64,000 bases of DNA from Octopus bimaculoides (lineage: Eukaryota): contig NC_068989.1 in the NCBI RefSeq assembly GCF_001194135.2, forward strand, positions 36,571,023 to 36,635,022, in the 5' to 3' direction. A model generated the notes under the pieces. The model made no database searches, was not told where the DNA came from, and saw only the letters and a program-made list of their open reading frames with translations. Below, one piece after another: positions 51,046 through 63,634 of the stretch; the stretch's first letter is position 1, and each line of letters opens with the position of its first letter. Made by a program: the position numbers and the translations under genes.

Positions 51046-52580
51046 GGAATAAAGACTGACATCATTTTTATATATGACATATAACACTTATATAAGAAAC
51101 TATGTTTTAGTTGCCCCAGTAAAATAGAAATAGTTATTAGATAATTTGATAATGGGCAGAGTCAAATTGACTGCCTTGTGGTATTTGTTCTGGCCTTCTG
51201 TTTCCTGAGTTCAAAATTCACTGAGGTCAATTTTGCCTTTCTCATTTGGGGTCATTAAATAAAATCCTAAACAAGTACTACAGCCAGTTGTTCTCTGTCT
51301 GTCTGTCTGTGTTGGAATCAGCTACACTGTGCTGTGATGAGGATCAGTCACAGCATCCCTTTCTCCAAAAATAGTTCAGTGAGGGACTAGCAATTTCTTA
51401 TAAGGACAGTCTGATGCCTGAGGACAGCCTCATGTACAGCACAGAAATGAAGATAAAAAGTGAATGTAAATGTTTACTACTGAAGTTTATGACCAAACTA
51501 AATAATTTGATTGTTACAACACTCCAGAATATATTTGAAAAGAATTGGCTATGATTAGTAACTTTATGGATTCCTGTTCAGGTGGTACCATAGTTATTTT
51601 GTTGAACATCACAAGATATTTAATTCTATTATGGGATAGTAAAGGAAAGGTGGCTGTAATTGAATTAATCATCTAGCTAAAAGGAGATTTGCCTCTCATT
51701 TATATAACACTGCAGAACTCGGAGCCAAGTGCTGGCCTTATAGCAAGAAGCTTTATGCTGTTCTAGGCAAATCCAGTTACACCTCCACCAGAGATGTGTG
51801 TCAACAAGTTTTTGAAACATGTTGTAGAGTTCCAAAGAGTACCAACAATGTTTGGAATACACTCTCAAAAGAGTTTTTTCTCTGAAAGACTAAATATGTT
51901 TTAAACATATTAAGATTATAAAAATATTAAATGTGTCTTTACATACTGGAAGGAGTTTTAAGCATGTTGTGTGATGTTCCATTTAATTTTATTTGGTGTG
52001 TGAAATTATTTATCATATATATCGGATTTTTTGAGAGTTGGCTATTTTAAACTTTTAAATATTTGAACAGGCACAGACATGACTATGTGGTTAGGCTGTT
52101 TCCACTGCATGCACCTTGGGCAAATAACTTCTATAGTCCTGAGCCGATCAAAGCCTTTTGAGTGGATTTGGTAAATGGAAACTGAAAGAAGCACATTGTG
52201 GGCTTGGAGTCTATCAAGAAAGCGTATCCAGGCTTCTTGATATGTTGCTTGATCTTTCCAAACACAATGTTGTTTGTTTCCACTTTTTCACACAAAACAT
52301 GTACAGGTAAGCTGTTATTTAATAGACTAGGAGATTATTATTCCACATAGAAACAAGAGTGGTTTAGTGACATGAAGGTCATCCACCCATTGATAAAAAA
52401 AAAAAAAACCAAAAGAACTCTGCCCTAACATACATCTGACCCATGCAAGCATGGAAAAGTAGATGTTAAAACATAAATAATGATGATGATGATGATGATG
52501 ATAGAACATGATACTGCATATCTGTATGTTTAAATCTCTGTCTGAGACAAATGCCTCTTTTCTTCAGTAAGTCTACTTAC

Positions 52581-52704
52581 ATTTTGGTTTGTCATATAAA
52601 GCCTGTTCTGGTGCTTCACTCAAATCCACAAGTAGACCTTCAGCACTGTTATTGAATTCATTATTTTTATTTTTATTTACAGTTGAATATAATCCTTCAG
52701 GAAC
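52581..52704 (-). CDS. SHC1: Shc exon, CH1 region (not in the ORF track)
   Basis: VPEGLYSTVNKNKNNEFNNSAEGLLVDLSEAPEQALYDKPK+T. Acceptor TTTCAG, donor GTAAGT. Phase 0 in and phase 1 out exactly bridge the flanking exons, which are otherwise incompatible. Confidence 0.85.
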
Positions 52705-54906
52705 CTGAAATTTAATTTAATAAGAAATAAGAACACAAAAAAGAACAAAAATAAATGAAACAATAAAATTAAGTATTACCTAATGAAATCATTGAACTAT
52801 TTCAAAACCATGAATTACAAATTCATAGGACATGCCACCTAGACTCAAAAAATGTTGGTCTCCAGTCAAAAACTTAACAAACTCTGTGATTATTCACATG
52901 ATGCTACAGCAGCTGGATATACTGCTGTCTACTTGCCTTCTGTCTCATGCCCATTGTTACACTGAAGAGTTGTCAGGTCACTGCTGTGCTGGTGAATGAG
53001 TGTTTATATATATTGGTGTGAAGAATGGGCATCACCATTGTCGTGATTTTTGCTAGCCTTTTCTTGTCAAGGACCTTCCATTGTCATGAGCTTGTATTTT
53101 TGTGGTCACCATGATCGTGGTTGTGGATATTTGTGTGTTTGCTGAAGACTGTCATGTGGCTGGTCATGAGAAAAAATGATGTTGCATCCTTTTTAACTGA
53201 ATGTAAGATCAGGCTGGCTTCAGATAAAATAAAACATATTTTGTTGATAGAAAACTGCATACAAATATGCAGATTATCACAGACTCTGGTTATCAGAGTA
53301 GTAAGTAGGAACAGATTTATTGTGTCAGCTTAGACATTGGCTGTCTGGAAGAGAAAAATGCAGATACCATAGCTGCTGCACACTATTGAAGCTTGGAGAA
53401 GAGAAAATGTGAAGTGTCTTGTTTGAAGGCTTGCTGCAGTCTACAATGGTTTAAGTATCAAACTGCTTGACTAGGGTAAAAGGGTGTGAATTTCTAGAAT
53501 ATTTGAGAAGCTGTTCATGCCATAGCTTCAAGCTGATTGGTCAATTTATAGATCAATCACATGAAACTGCAGCAGTTTGTTCATGACCATAAACTAACAA
53601 TTTCATAGTTGGGGTTCAAACCCTACAAAGTTATTTGAAGAAATTGGTAAAGAGAAAATCTGAATAGAAAACTGAAAGAGGAGAAAGACAAAAGTTATTC
53701 CTTAGAAATTCTACTCATACTGCTTCCTTATGCGGGAGTTGGGTAAGTCTTATAACACTTAGTTGGAGGGAATCTCACTGTGTTGTGCTTCAAGAGAAAA
53801 TCAGTTTGGTGAAGCCTAGCTCTCTTTAAACATTCATCAATTTTATTGTGATACATCTGTATACAGTAGGGAGATGTTCCTCTTTGATGCGACTACAGAG
53901 TGCATCTGTGTACAGCATCGATATGTTCCCCTTTGGTGTAGCCATAGTGGTGCAGCTGTATACAATAGGGAGATGTTCCATCTTGATGCAGTTGCATACA
54001 GTAATGAGTTGTTGCACCTTGATGCAGCTACAATGGTACAACTGCACACAAAGATGGGATTTACCACTCTTGAGATGATCCCAACTGTTTATAACAAGAT
54101 GCATTGGACCATCTGTGTTTTGGCAATAGAAATGTGGCTGAGATGATGACAAGAAACAAATATTTTAGCAGTCAGCAGGGAAGGAAGGACATGTTGGATA
54201 AGCCTAGTGTTAAGTATAGAACCCCACCACCCAGTAAGGATGGTCATAGCAGGATTCAAAGATCTTGTTTAGAGATGACTTGGGGCTAAACAACAAAAAC
54301 ACCCTAACAACTCATATGTAGCTCATGTGAGAGAAGTCAGGACTATTGAAGTGAACCCATATTTTACTAGTAATGATTTTAACAAATGTGAAGGGATGCC
54401 ACAAGGAAGCTGGAACACAAGACAGGATTAATTAAATTCTACTAAATTGTCATTCTATGGAAACTAAACTAATATTGGTTTCAAATTTTAGCAGAAGATC
54501 AGCAGTTTTGGAGAAAAGGGCTAAGTCAATTAAATCAACCCCTGTGTCAACTGGTACTTATTTTACTGACCCCGAAAGAACAAACGGCAAAGTTGGCCCT
54601 GGTAGAATCTGAACTCAGAATGTAAAGACGGACAAAAAGCTGCTAAGCTTTACACCTGGCATGCTACTGATTCTGCCAGCTCACCACCTTGGAAACTAAA
54701 CTAATATTGATTTCTTTCTTTCATAGCTACAAGGTTATGTGAATGGGAATAAATTGATAATAATGTTCATCTTCTCCCATGTGTACAAGCAATTAAGGAA
54801 TGTGAATTGAAATAGGATGCAGATTCAGCCTTCTGAAAGTTTACCCCTTGTGTTCTGGTATTTACCACTAAAACTATGTTAAGCAAGGCAATATTTCTCA
54901 TGGCCA

Positions 54907-55240
54907 AGGGCGGCTAGCTGGCAGAATCGTTAGCATGCTGGGCAAAATGCTCAGCAGTATTTCGTCTGCTGGTATTTCGTTCTGAGTTCAAATTCTGCCA
55001 AGGTTGATTTTACCTTTCATCCTTTTGGGGTTGATTAAATAAATACCAGTTACACAAAATGCTCAGCAGTATTTCGTTCTGAGTTCAAATTCTGCCAAGG
55101 TTGATTTTACCTTTCATCCTTTTGGGGTTGATTAAATAAATACCAGTTACACACTGGAGCTGATGTAGTCGACTTAATCCCTTTGTCTGTCCTTGTTTGT
55201 CTCCTCTATGTTTAGCCCCCCTGTGGGCAATAAAGAAATA
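54907..55240 (+). mobile_element. SINE family B with an internal ~100-bp duplication and a 17-bp TSD; related copies at ~33020-33190, 46800-47300 (-), 54480-54690 (-), 25150-25330 (-)
   Basis: Head GCTGGCAGAATCGTTAGCATGCTGGGCAAAATGC, tail TTTAGCCCC..GTGGGCAATAAAGAAATA. AATATTTCTCATGGCCA occurs at 54890-54906 and 55241-55257. Confidence 0.88.
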
Positions 55241-55411
55241 AATATTTCTCATGGCCAGACATGTTTTCACAGAAGACTGGAAACAAACAACATAAGTTTC
55301 TGCTACTGCTAGCCATATGAGGGAAGCTAGTGTTTGTAAGGACAAAGGAGAAGGATGCAAATGGAGAGGAGGGAAAATAAAAAGTCTATAGCAACACATT
55401 CACCAACTTAC

Positions 55412-55553
55412 ATTTGAATTACTGTTAGGCACAGAATAATTTGGAAGAGGAGGTATCTGTGGTGGTGTTGGAGAAGGCGGCATGGCATTTGGTCGGTCAT
55501 TATAATACTCTGCTTCATCTTCCCATGATTCACCATTAAACTGACCGTCTGTC
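55412..55553 (-). CDS. SHC1: Shc exon, start of CH1 with the YYND motif
   Basis: TG+G gives W, then TDGQFNGESWEDEAEYYNDRPNAMPPSPTPPQIPPLPNYSVPNSNSN. YYND corresponds to Shc Y239/Y240. Acceptor TTTTCAG, donor GTAAGT. Phase 2 in, phase 0 out. Confidence 0.92.
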
Positions 55554-56389
55554 CTGAAAAATGTATCAGACATTATTAGTTGATTAGTAAATACTGCAAG
55601 GACAAGGAGGATGAAATGTTTAAAGGCAAATCGGACACACCAAGAACCTATCAAAAACAGAAAATAAGTTTATTTTTCCTTGATTTTAGTTAACTATGTA
55701 TATTTGATTGTTAGTTTATTCTGTTTAATATTTCAAAAAGATAATAAAAAACAACCACAAACTGCTTTTATAACCTAAATCAAAACTTAAACATAAAACA
55801 AAATTTGGTATATATATATATATACATATATAATAAAAAAACAAGCATAGAAAATACGTATGTGGTTAAGAAGTTCACTTTGCGACCATGTGGTTCCTGC
55901 TTCAGTTTTACTGCATGGCACTTTACTTGGACAAGAGGTACCCATTATACCTGAGGTTAACTAATGGAAGAAATTTGGTACACTGAAACTCTGTGGAAGT
56001 CAAACTGTACATCTGTCCATCTGTGTGTGTGTATAATCACCAACAACATCATTTTATATGTTTCCCATGCGAGCATGGGTGGGAGAGTTCAACAATATCC
56101 AATGGGCTAGAAGACCATATCTTACTCCAATATCTTAGCTTTGGCAAGGTTTCTATGGCTGGACATACTACTTTATACCAACCATTTTATACAGTGTACA
56201 GAGTGTCCTGGGTGCTTCTTTTCCATGGCATCATTACCAAAGAGTTTGCCATGCCATTCATCAAGATAAAAGGGTCTTCTTAAGCCCTGCATTGTTGCTG
56301 CTCAATTCTATTTACCATATATGAGTAAGTATGTATCATCAGTTTTACATCCACCTTTTCATGGTGGCATGGGTTGGATGAGATTTTTT

Positions 56390-56425
<36 letters not shown>

Positions 56426-56459
56426 GAGAGAGAGNNNNNNNNNNAGAGAGAGAGAGAGA

Positions 56460-56496
<37 letters not shown>

Positions 56497-57197
56497 GTGC
56501 ACACATATATATGCATACATATTATGTATATGCGTGTGCATATATACACACACATATAAATGTACACATGCATATATATTTACATAAACACATATATATA
56601 CAAACACATTATTTCTTCTATTCATTCATTTTACATCTATTTGCCACTATTCGATTGGACTTATACTTATTTGAGGCAGTACTTTTACAGCTGAATGCTC
56701 TTCAGTATTACAAGTAAAGAGTTTTTAATCCACCATCCATGAAAGATTTCTGCACAGTTTTCATCAGCCAAATTCCACTCACAAGGTATTGGATGACCTT
56801 AAGGCAAAAAAAAAAAGACACTTGTCCAAGGTTCCACACATTGGTAGTAAACCCAGAACCACATGGTTGCAAACTAAACTCCTTAACCACAAAGCCATAT
56901 TCTAAAATGAAAATGGGTGTATGTATGCCATTCTTATAATTGCCATCGCTGTAAAACTGCCGGAGGTTAGCAGCTGGAAAGGAAGACATGCAGGAAATAA
57001 ATTTCAAAAGGAATCAAGAATTTTAAGAATATTTGCTTTAGCAATAATGGTTGAAATTGGAGAGCAAATTCTTCAATTATTGAAAATAAAGAATATAAAA
57101 TTATTCAGTCATGCAGGAATAACAAATAATGCATGGATGAGAAAAACCATGCAACCATTTTTTCAATAACTAATTAAGAAGTTGAACATCCAATTTA

Positions 57198-57235
<38 letters not shown>

Positions 57236-58864
57236 GTGGGTAGGGGAATTTTCACAAAGAAAAGGGAAAGATGTTTCCATTAAAGCATTTAACATGCACA
57301 AGAAGCTGCAATTGAAATAGTTAATAAGCACCAAAATAATTGATTTTGCTGAGAAAATATTGGGGGCGGGGGGAACAAAAAGCAAAATAAAAAAAACAGT
57401 TATATTGCATAGGCATGGGTGTGTGGTTAGAAAGTTCTCTCTGTAACCACATAGGCCTGGGTTCAATTCTACTGGACATCACCTTGTGCAAATGTTTTCT
57501 ATTATACCCTCTGGGCTCTTTCCATTCCCGAGCGTCTAGTAACACTATCCGTATCACGTCCTCACGTTGTTGTTTTTTGTTATTGTTTTTTGTCTTTTTT
57601 TAAAACTATATATATTCTTTTATTCTCTTACTTGGTTCAGTTAGTTGACTGCAGCCATGTTGGAGCACCGCCTTTGGGGGTTTTTAGTTGAAGAAATTGA
57701 CTCCAGGACTTATTCTTTGTAAGCCTAGTACTTATTCTATCAGTCTTTTTTTGCTGAAGTGCTAAGTTATGGGGACATAAACACACCAACATCGGTTGTC
57801 AAGTGATGGTGGGAGGACAAACACAGACACAAAGATATGCACAAACATAAATACACACACACACACACTACATTTATAATTTTATTAATTTCACATCTGC
57901 TTTCCATGCTAGCATGGATTGGACAGGTTTTCATCATCCAAGTCAAATCCTGATCAGAAGTGAGTTAGAGGATTATGTCTTGCTCTTACACACCATTGAT
58001 GAATAGTTTCTATGGTTGGACGCCCTTCCTAACATCAACTACTTTACAAAGTGAGCTGAGTGCATTTTATTGTGGCACTAATACTAAAGAGGTTGCCAAG
58101 TCACCTGCAGGACTAGAGCCTTGCCTACATTGTTTTTGTTCATTCAAGTCAAATGTGGTCAAAGATATGAGTGTGATGTGTGAAACTGAGCAAAAGGGTA
58201 GTAGAAGAGGGAGTAATGGATGAAAGACAGTAATAAGAGTTACATGTGGGTGGAGGATATAGGCTGATGAAAGAAGTAGTGGAAGTGGAGGAGAATGAAG
58301 GAGGCTGATGATCTTTGTCAACAAAGTGTAATAAGGGAGAGAATATTGCATGTGTGTATATGAGAGAGAGAGAGAGATGGGGTTAAAGAATGGCTATAAA
58401 GATGAGTGATGGTCTGAGAGAGTGAGCAATAAAGATGTGGAATGGTAAAAGAGAACGGTGTGTCTTAATGAAGAGTGGGAGGAAGAATGATGGTTAGCCA
58501 CTCTCATTAGCCAGGCTAAAGTGTGAACAGAATGCGAACAGAATCAGTGCCATTCCTTGTTACACAGGCAGTGTGGTACGATGAATAGAAAAGGGTGAGT
58601 GATAGATTATAGCATGGAGCAGAGGGTGAGTAACAAATTTGAGGGCAGAGAAGAGGCTGAGTGTTAGAATAGAGACTAGAGAAGAGAATGAAGAAGAATG
58701 AATCAGATTGGAAAGTGGAGTAGAAGGTGAGTGTTAGATTAAGAGGGTGAGATAGATGAGGAGGTAATAATAAGGGCAGGAGTTGGAAATTTAATAGGGA
58801 TGTAATATAATGGATAACAGCTCCATATGTAGACATATGACTTGATTGCTATCACCACCATTAT

Positions 58865-59370
58865 TTTAATGACTGCCATCGTCATCATTTAGCATCTGTT
58901 TTCCATGTTGGCATGGGTTAGACAGTTTGACTGGAACTTGTAAGCTGAAAAGCTGCACCAACTTCCGGTCTGATTTGGCATGGTTTCTATGGCTTGATGC
59001 CCTTCCTAACACTAACCACTACAAAAGTGCGATGGTGCTTTTTACGTGCCACTGGTATGGATGCTTTTATGTGACACTGGCATCAGCCATGACTATGATT
59101 TCACTTGTCTTGATGAGTTTTCTCAAGTACAGTGTATCACTAAAGGTCTTAGTCACTTGTCATCACCTCCGTGAGGCCCAATGTTTGAAGATCATGCTTC
59201 ACTACCTCATCCCATGTCTTCCTGGGTCTACCTCTTCTACAGGTTCCCTCCACAGTGAGAGATCAGCACTACTTTACACAGCTGTCCTCATCCATACACA
59301 TCACATGACCATACCAGCACAGTTGTCTCACTTGCACACCACATCTGATGCCTCTCATGTTCAACTCCAT
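58865..59370 (-). mobile_element. RTE LINE 3' end with (GAT)n-type tail
   Basis: CATCATTTAGCATCTGTTTTCCATGTTGGCATGGG tail, followed by the coding 3' end similar to 17455-17690. Confidence 0.8.
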
Positions 59371-61302
59371 AATATGTGTGTGTGTGTTCATGATTTTGTT
59401 TGTATGTTTGGCAGAACATTACTTGTTAAAAAGATAATTGCTTTAAGGAAATGGGAACTTAGCAACTGAATAAAAAATAAGAATCAAACTGGAATAAGTA
59501 GTGGAGTTGATATAATCAACAACAAAAAAACCCTTGAAGTTAGTGTCACAGCATGGTTGGAATCCAAGATTTGAATCCAGTAAAAGAAGAAAAGAAAAAC
59601 TGGTTTGAAGGTTTTGATAGATAGTAAAAATTTCAATCAACAAACTTCAGAAAAATGAAATCCAGAAATATAATAATCATTGCATAAATGGTAATGTAAT
59701 GGCATCATATTAATTAATTTGAGTGTGGGTAGAAAGAAGGGGAATAAAACATAATGAGAAAATCATCAAGCAAGAAACAAAAATACCATTCTTTATTTTC
59801 TTTAATGGAGAAAAACAATGAGATTTAGATAAGATGTTGGTAGAAATAAAAAGAATAAAAATCATGCCATGTTGGATTGCAGAAAGGATTAGAGTACAGA
59901 GGCAGAGGGAAAGGGTTTCAATTCCAGGGAATGACATCAAGATGAAAAGCTTTTTAAATAAAAGTCTATTAATGAAAATAAATATTTCATTTATCAACCA
60001 AATGGAAATATATTGAATATCGGGCAAAGATACACAGTAGGGAACTGAAATGTTATTCAGTTCCTAACTTACTTTTCAAATTTGTCTCTTGGCCAAACTT
60101 TTGCCACAGGAGTTGAGGGGCTAAAAATAAAGAAAAATTTTGAATCTAATACAGAAAAATATGAAATTAGTGACAGAAAATATTATAAGCAACAAGACTG
60201 ATTGTTAAAGAGAATGGATATAGTTGATTGTATCCAGTATATTACTGATCCAAAACAGGTCTGGAGTGCGGCTGTAGACTCAAAAAGAAAGACAACACAA
60301 ACCATTTAATGTAATTAGTCTGGGGCTCTTCAGATGCTAATATTGTTTTGCTAACTATTATATTATGTTATTATGTGCTATGTTAGTGTTAGGGTTAAGT
60401 AATCGTGCGGATGTTAATCCGCAAAATTACTGAAATGTGAAAACTACCAACCCTGCCATCTATTATAACTTTTGTTCTGTTTAATATATACATAGATTAT
60501 GCCTCCAAAGAAGAGAGCTTGCTGGGGAAAGAAAGCAACTGGTTTAAAAAGACAGCAACAAACTGCAGCAATTCACCACATTCCAGAAGCTACTTTGAAC
60601 ATAATGCAAAATGGTGCATCAACATCTTCTGCTCAATCTGTTAGAATTCTGGCAAAAATGTGTAGCAACAGATTGCCAGCAATTGCTTCATCAGAAATTG
60701 CTGTCCTAGCTCCTGCGAAAAGGGATTACCCTGCTATGTATAATCAGGGCAGTGCAAAAAGTTGTTTTGCACATATCATTTGTATAGCCAATTAAACGGA
60801 TGAAATTTACGTACGATTAATAATGTTATGCAAAACAGCCTTCAAACTTGCCCTTTTCATTTCATCGTCTTTTGAATTACGAACATATTTACATCATAAG
60901 GGTTTTTTCATTGTAAGTCTTTCTTTTTTAGTTAATTTTCACCTAGCAAGACTTATCGTAGATGGCGTAATAAGTCACACCCGGACAACGTCGGGTTATA
61001 CTGCTAGTAAATAATAAAGCGTAATAGAGACTTGTTCATCCACAAAATTTATTTAATAATAATTTTGTGGATGTAGAAGTTTCCATACACTTTATTATTA
61101 ATTATAATATATACCTCAGGCAATTTTTACTGTCCAGCGAAGTGTACATGGAATTACCCATCGGAAAAATTCATGGAGTGACTAACAACAGATTGTAGTC
61201 AGAGATGTTAAATACTGATCATCGTGGTTAGCCATTAACTGGAACATAACTGAGAACTAATACGGTATCTACTCAGATAATGTATCCCACCAAACTTATA
61301 TA

Positions 61303-61491
61303 CAGTAATCCCTCGCCATATCGTGGTTCATCTATTGTGCACTCAGTACATTGCAAATTTTTCTGGCAAATATATTTAAATTTATATCGCGGGTTTCTGC
61401 AGCTGATAGGTATTTATAATTTTTGAGATTTTAATTATTTCTGTGGGAGGTTTTGGAACTTAACATCCGCGATAGTCAAGGGATTACTCTG
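61303..61491. mobile_element. pogo/Tigger-like MITE
   Basis: TA|CAGTAATCCCTCGCCATATCG...CGCGATAGTCAAGGGATTACTCTG inverted termini. Confidence 0.7.
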
Positions 61492-61542
61492 TGTATGTGT
61501 ATGTGTGTGTGTGTATATGTATGTATGTATAATATATGCATG

Positions 61543-61575
<33 letters not shown>

Positions 61576-61823
61576 GCATAAATATGTATATAAAATTGGT
61601 GAAGAATGGAGATATTTATCTGAAGATTAACTGTACTAATAGCAAAAGCTACAGAAATAACAACACTGAACCCCAATATAAACCTGATATACAAAGAGCA
61701 GCAGCAATTTTCGTGACATACATGGCTTCCAATGAAGTAAGGTATTTGTTAAATTTTCTTTTTTAATAAATTTTTATACAAATACAATAACAATAGAAAT
61801 AAAATTTAGATATAAGATCTTAC

Positions 61824-62002
61824 CATTCAGGTAGCATTGTAGGTTTGGGTTGTTTCCGAAGGTATTCTTTAAATCTCAATTCAAATGCTTGACCAATTGT
61901 AGTAATGACGCTTTCAGCCAGTCCTCCACCACACTCCAACACATAACAAGCTCGGCCATTGACAGAATCTTTGGCAACATATGCCACAAAATCTTTGGTT
62001 TC
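61824..62002 (-). CDS. SHC1: Shc adaptor, coding exon (C-terminal part of PTB domain); most 5' exon visible in the window
   Basis: Translates [59 protein letters not shown], matching the Shc PTB motifs AYVAKD..N.RAC..LEC and [10 protein letters not shown]. Pyrimidine tract plus AG at 62004-62003, donor GTAAGA at 61823. Phase 0 in, phase 2 out. The symbol denotes the Shc family; orthology to a specific vertebrate paralogue is not established. Confidence 0.95.
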
Positions 62003-63634
62003 CTTTAAAAGAAATAAAGGAAATGACAACTGAAAATACAGGTTTCAACACATATATACTGTCATACAGAGCAAGTTAGACGAACACTTCAGTTTTAAAA
62101 GCTTATGATGATGGTGTTGATATTGATGATCACCATCATAATAGTTTTAACATCTTTTACATGCTAGCATGGGTTGGATGGAATTTATCAAAGCAGATTT
62201 TCAATAGTCAGATGTGCTTCCTTTCACAACCTTTCCCTGTATCCAAACAAGGTAATATTTCTCCATGGCCAAACAGGCTTTCTCAGAAAATTGGAAATGA
62301 ATGTCACTGCTTGCATGACAGTGACACACATTTAAAACTATCTCATAATGTGGATCTAGTCGGTTCTGTTCGAATTGATTTCATATTCAGTGTAATGATA
62401 CACTTCTATTGGCTAATGAATGACGTGAAAATCATTTTTGCTATAAATCAATAAATAAAGAGTTATTAGCAATAAAAGTTTGAAAATTTTGCTAATTTTA
62501 GCCAGTCGTAAGCACAGACATATTCATGCCTGTTTCCATATTAACAAGCAGAACATGAGAACTATTTTGTCTGTGAGAAAGCACATATTGACAAATATAT
62601 TAAAGCCACTTGTTTTACCTATGTGTTGACAATTGAGCATGTGAACTTATGTAGCAAAGGAGATACGAGAATTGTGATTTGTTCAAGAAATTGATTGAAT
62701 GCATTTTTAGCTTTCATTTTCAATGAACTGGTCAACAAAATGTTTGTTTTTAAAAATATTTAATTTGTAACGTGCTATTTCGTTTTTAGATAAATTTTTT
62801 AAGTACGTACTATCACATCACATGCATATTGAATGTTTAAAACTACAAAAGATGTGTTGTTTACTCTTTCTTTTTTCTTTTGTTAACCCAAAAGTTGATG
62901 CCAATACTCAACAAGTAGCGAAATCATGGGCCTCTGTGAAACAAGGTAATAAACGATGCTGTGGCACTCCCTGTTCTATGGAAGATTCATATCTCTGTGA
63001 ATTTATGCGACACAGGAGTTGCAAATATTGTGATTTGTTTGAGAAATTGATTGAATGTATTTCTAACTTTCGTTTTTAATTTTAAAAATATTTTGTTGTG
63101 TTGCTTATTGCATGTTTAAATGTTTGTTTCTTTTTAAGCATATTTTGTTCACTCTTTTATTTTCATATATAACATGTAAACATGTACATCATTTAGAACA
63201 TTGTCATTTTATAAGATTTTGCAGGCAAATTTTAAAATTAACATAAACATTTATTTACATGAAAGAAAATTACCAGAGAACTTTCATCTAATTCTTTCAA
63301 ATTTTTCTGTTAAAACTGTATTGAAACCATATGTGGGGAAAAACTGTAATGTGTTGTTCAATGCATTTGCATTAAATGCATATTGAATGCTTAAAGCTAC
63401 TTGTTTGCTTATTTCTTTTTGTCATTGAATTAGTTGTGAGGTGTGCTAAAAATAACAGATGAATAAAGTTTTTCGGATAAATCTTTTAAGTTCATGCCAT
63501 TGCATTAAATGCATAATTAATGCTTCAAACTATAAAACACATGTTGTTTACAAATATTGACAACACATGCTATTTTCAGGATGTTGATGACAAAATGTGA
63601 AGTCATGCATAAAATGACAGTTTTAAAATAATGA

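Noticed and set aside
53040-53210. CAT/CAC-rich minus-strand segment as an additional Shc CH1 exon
   Set aside because: All three frames contain stops, and exon phases already close using 52581-52704.
56921-57169. 82-aa ORF as a gene
   Set aside because: No recognisable domain or splice context. Another frame has Cys-rich fragments with stops, suggesting a decayed transposase, but the evidence is too weak to annotate.
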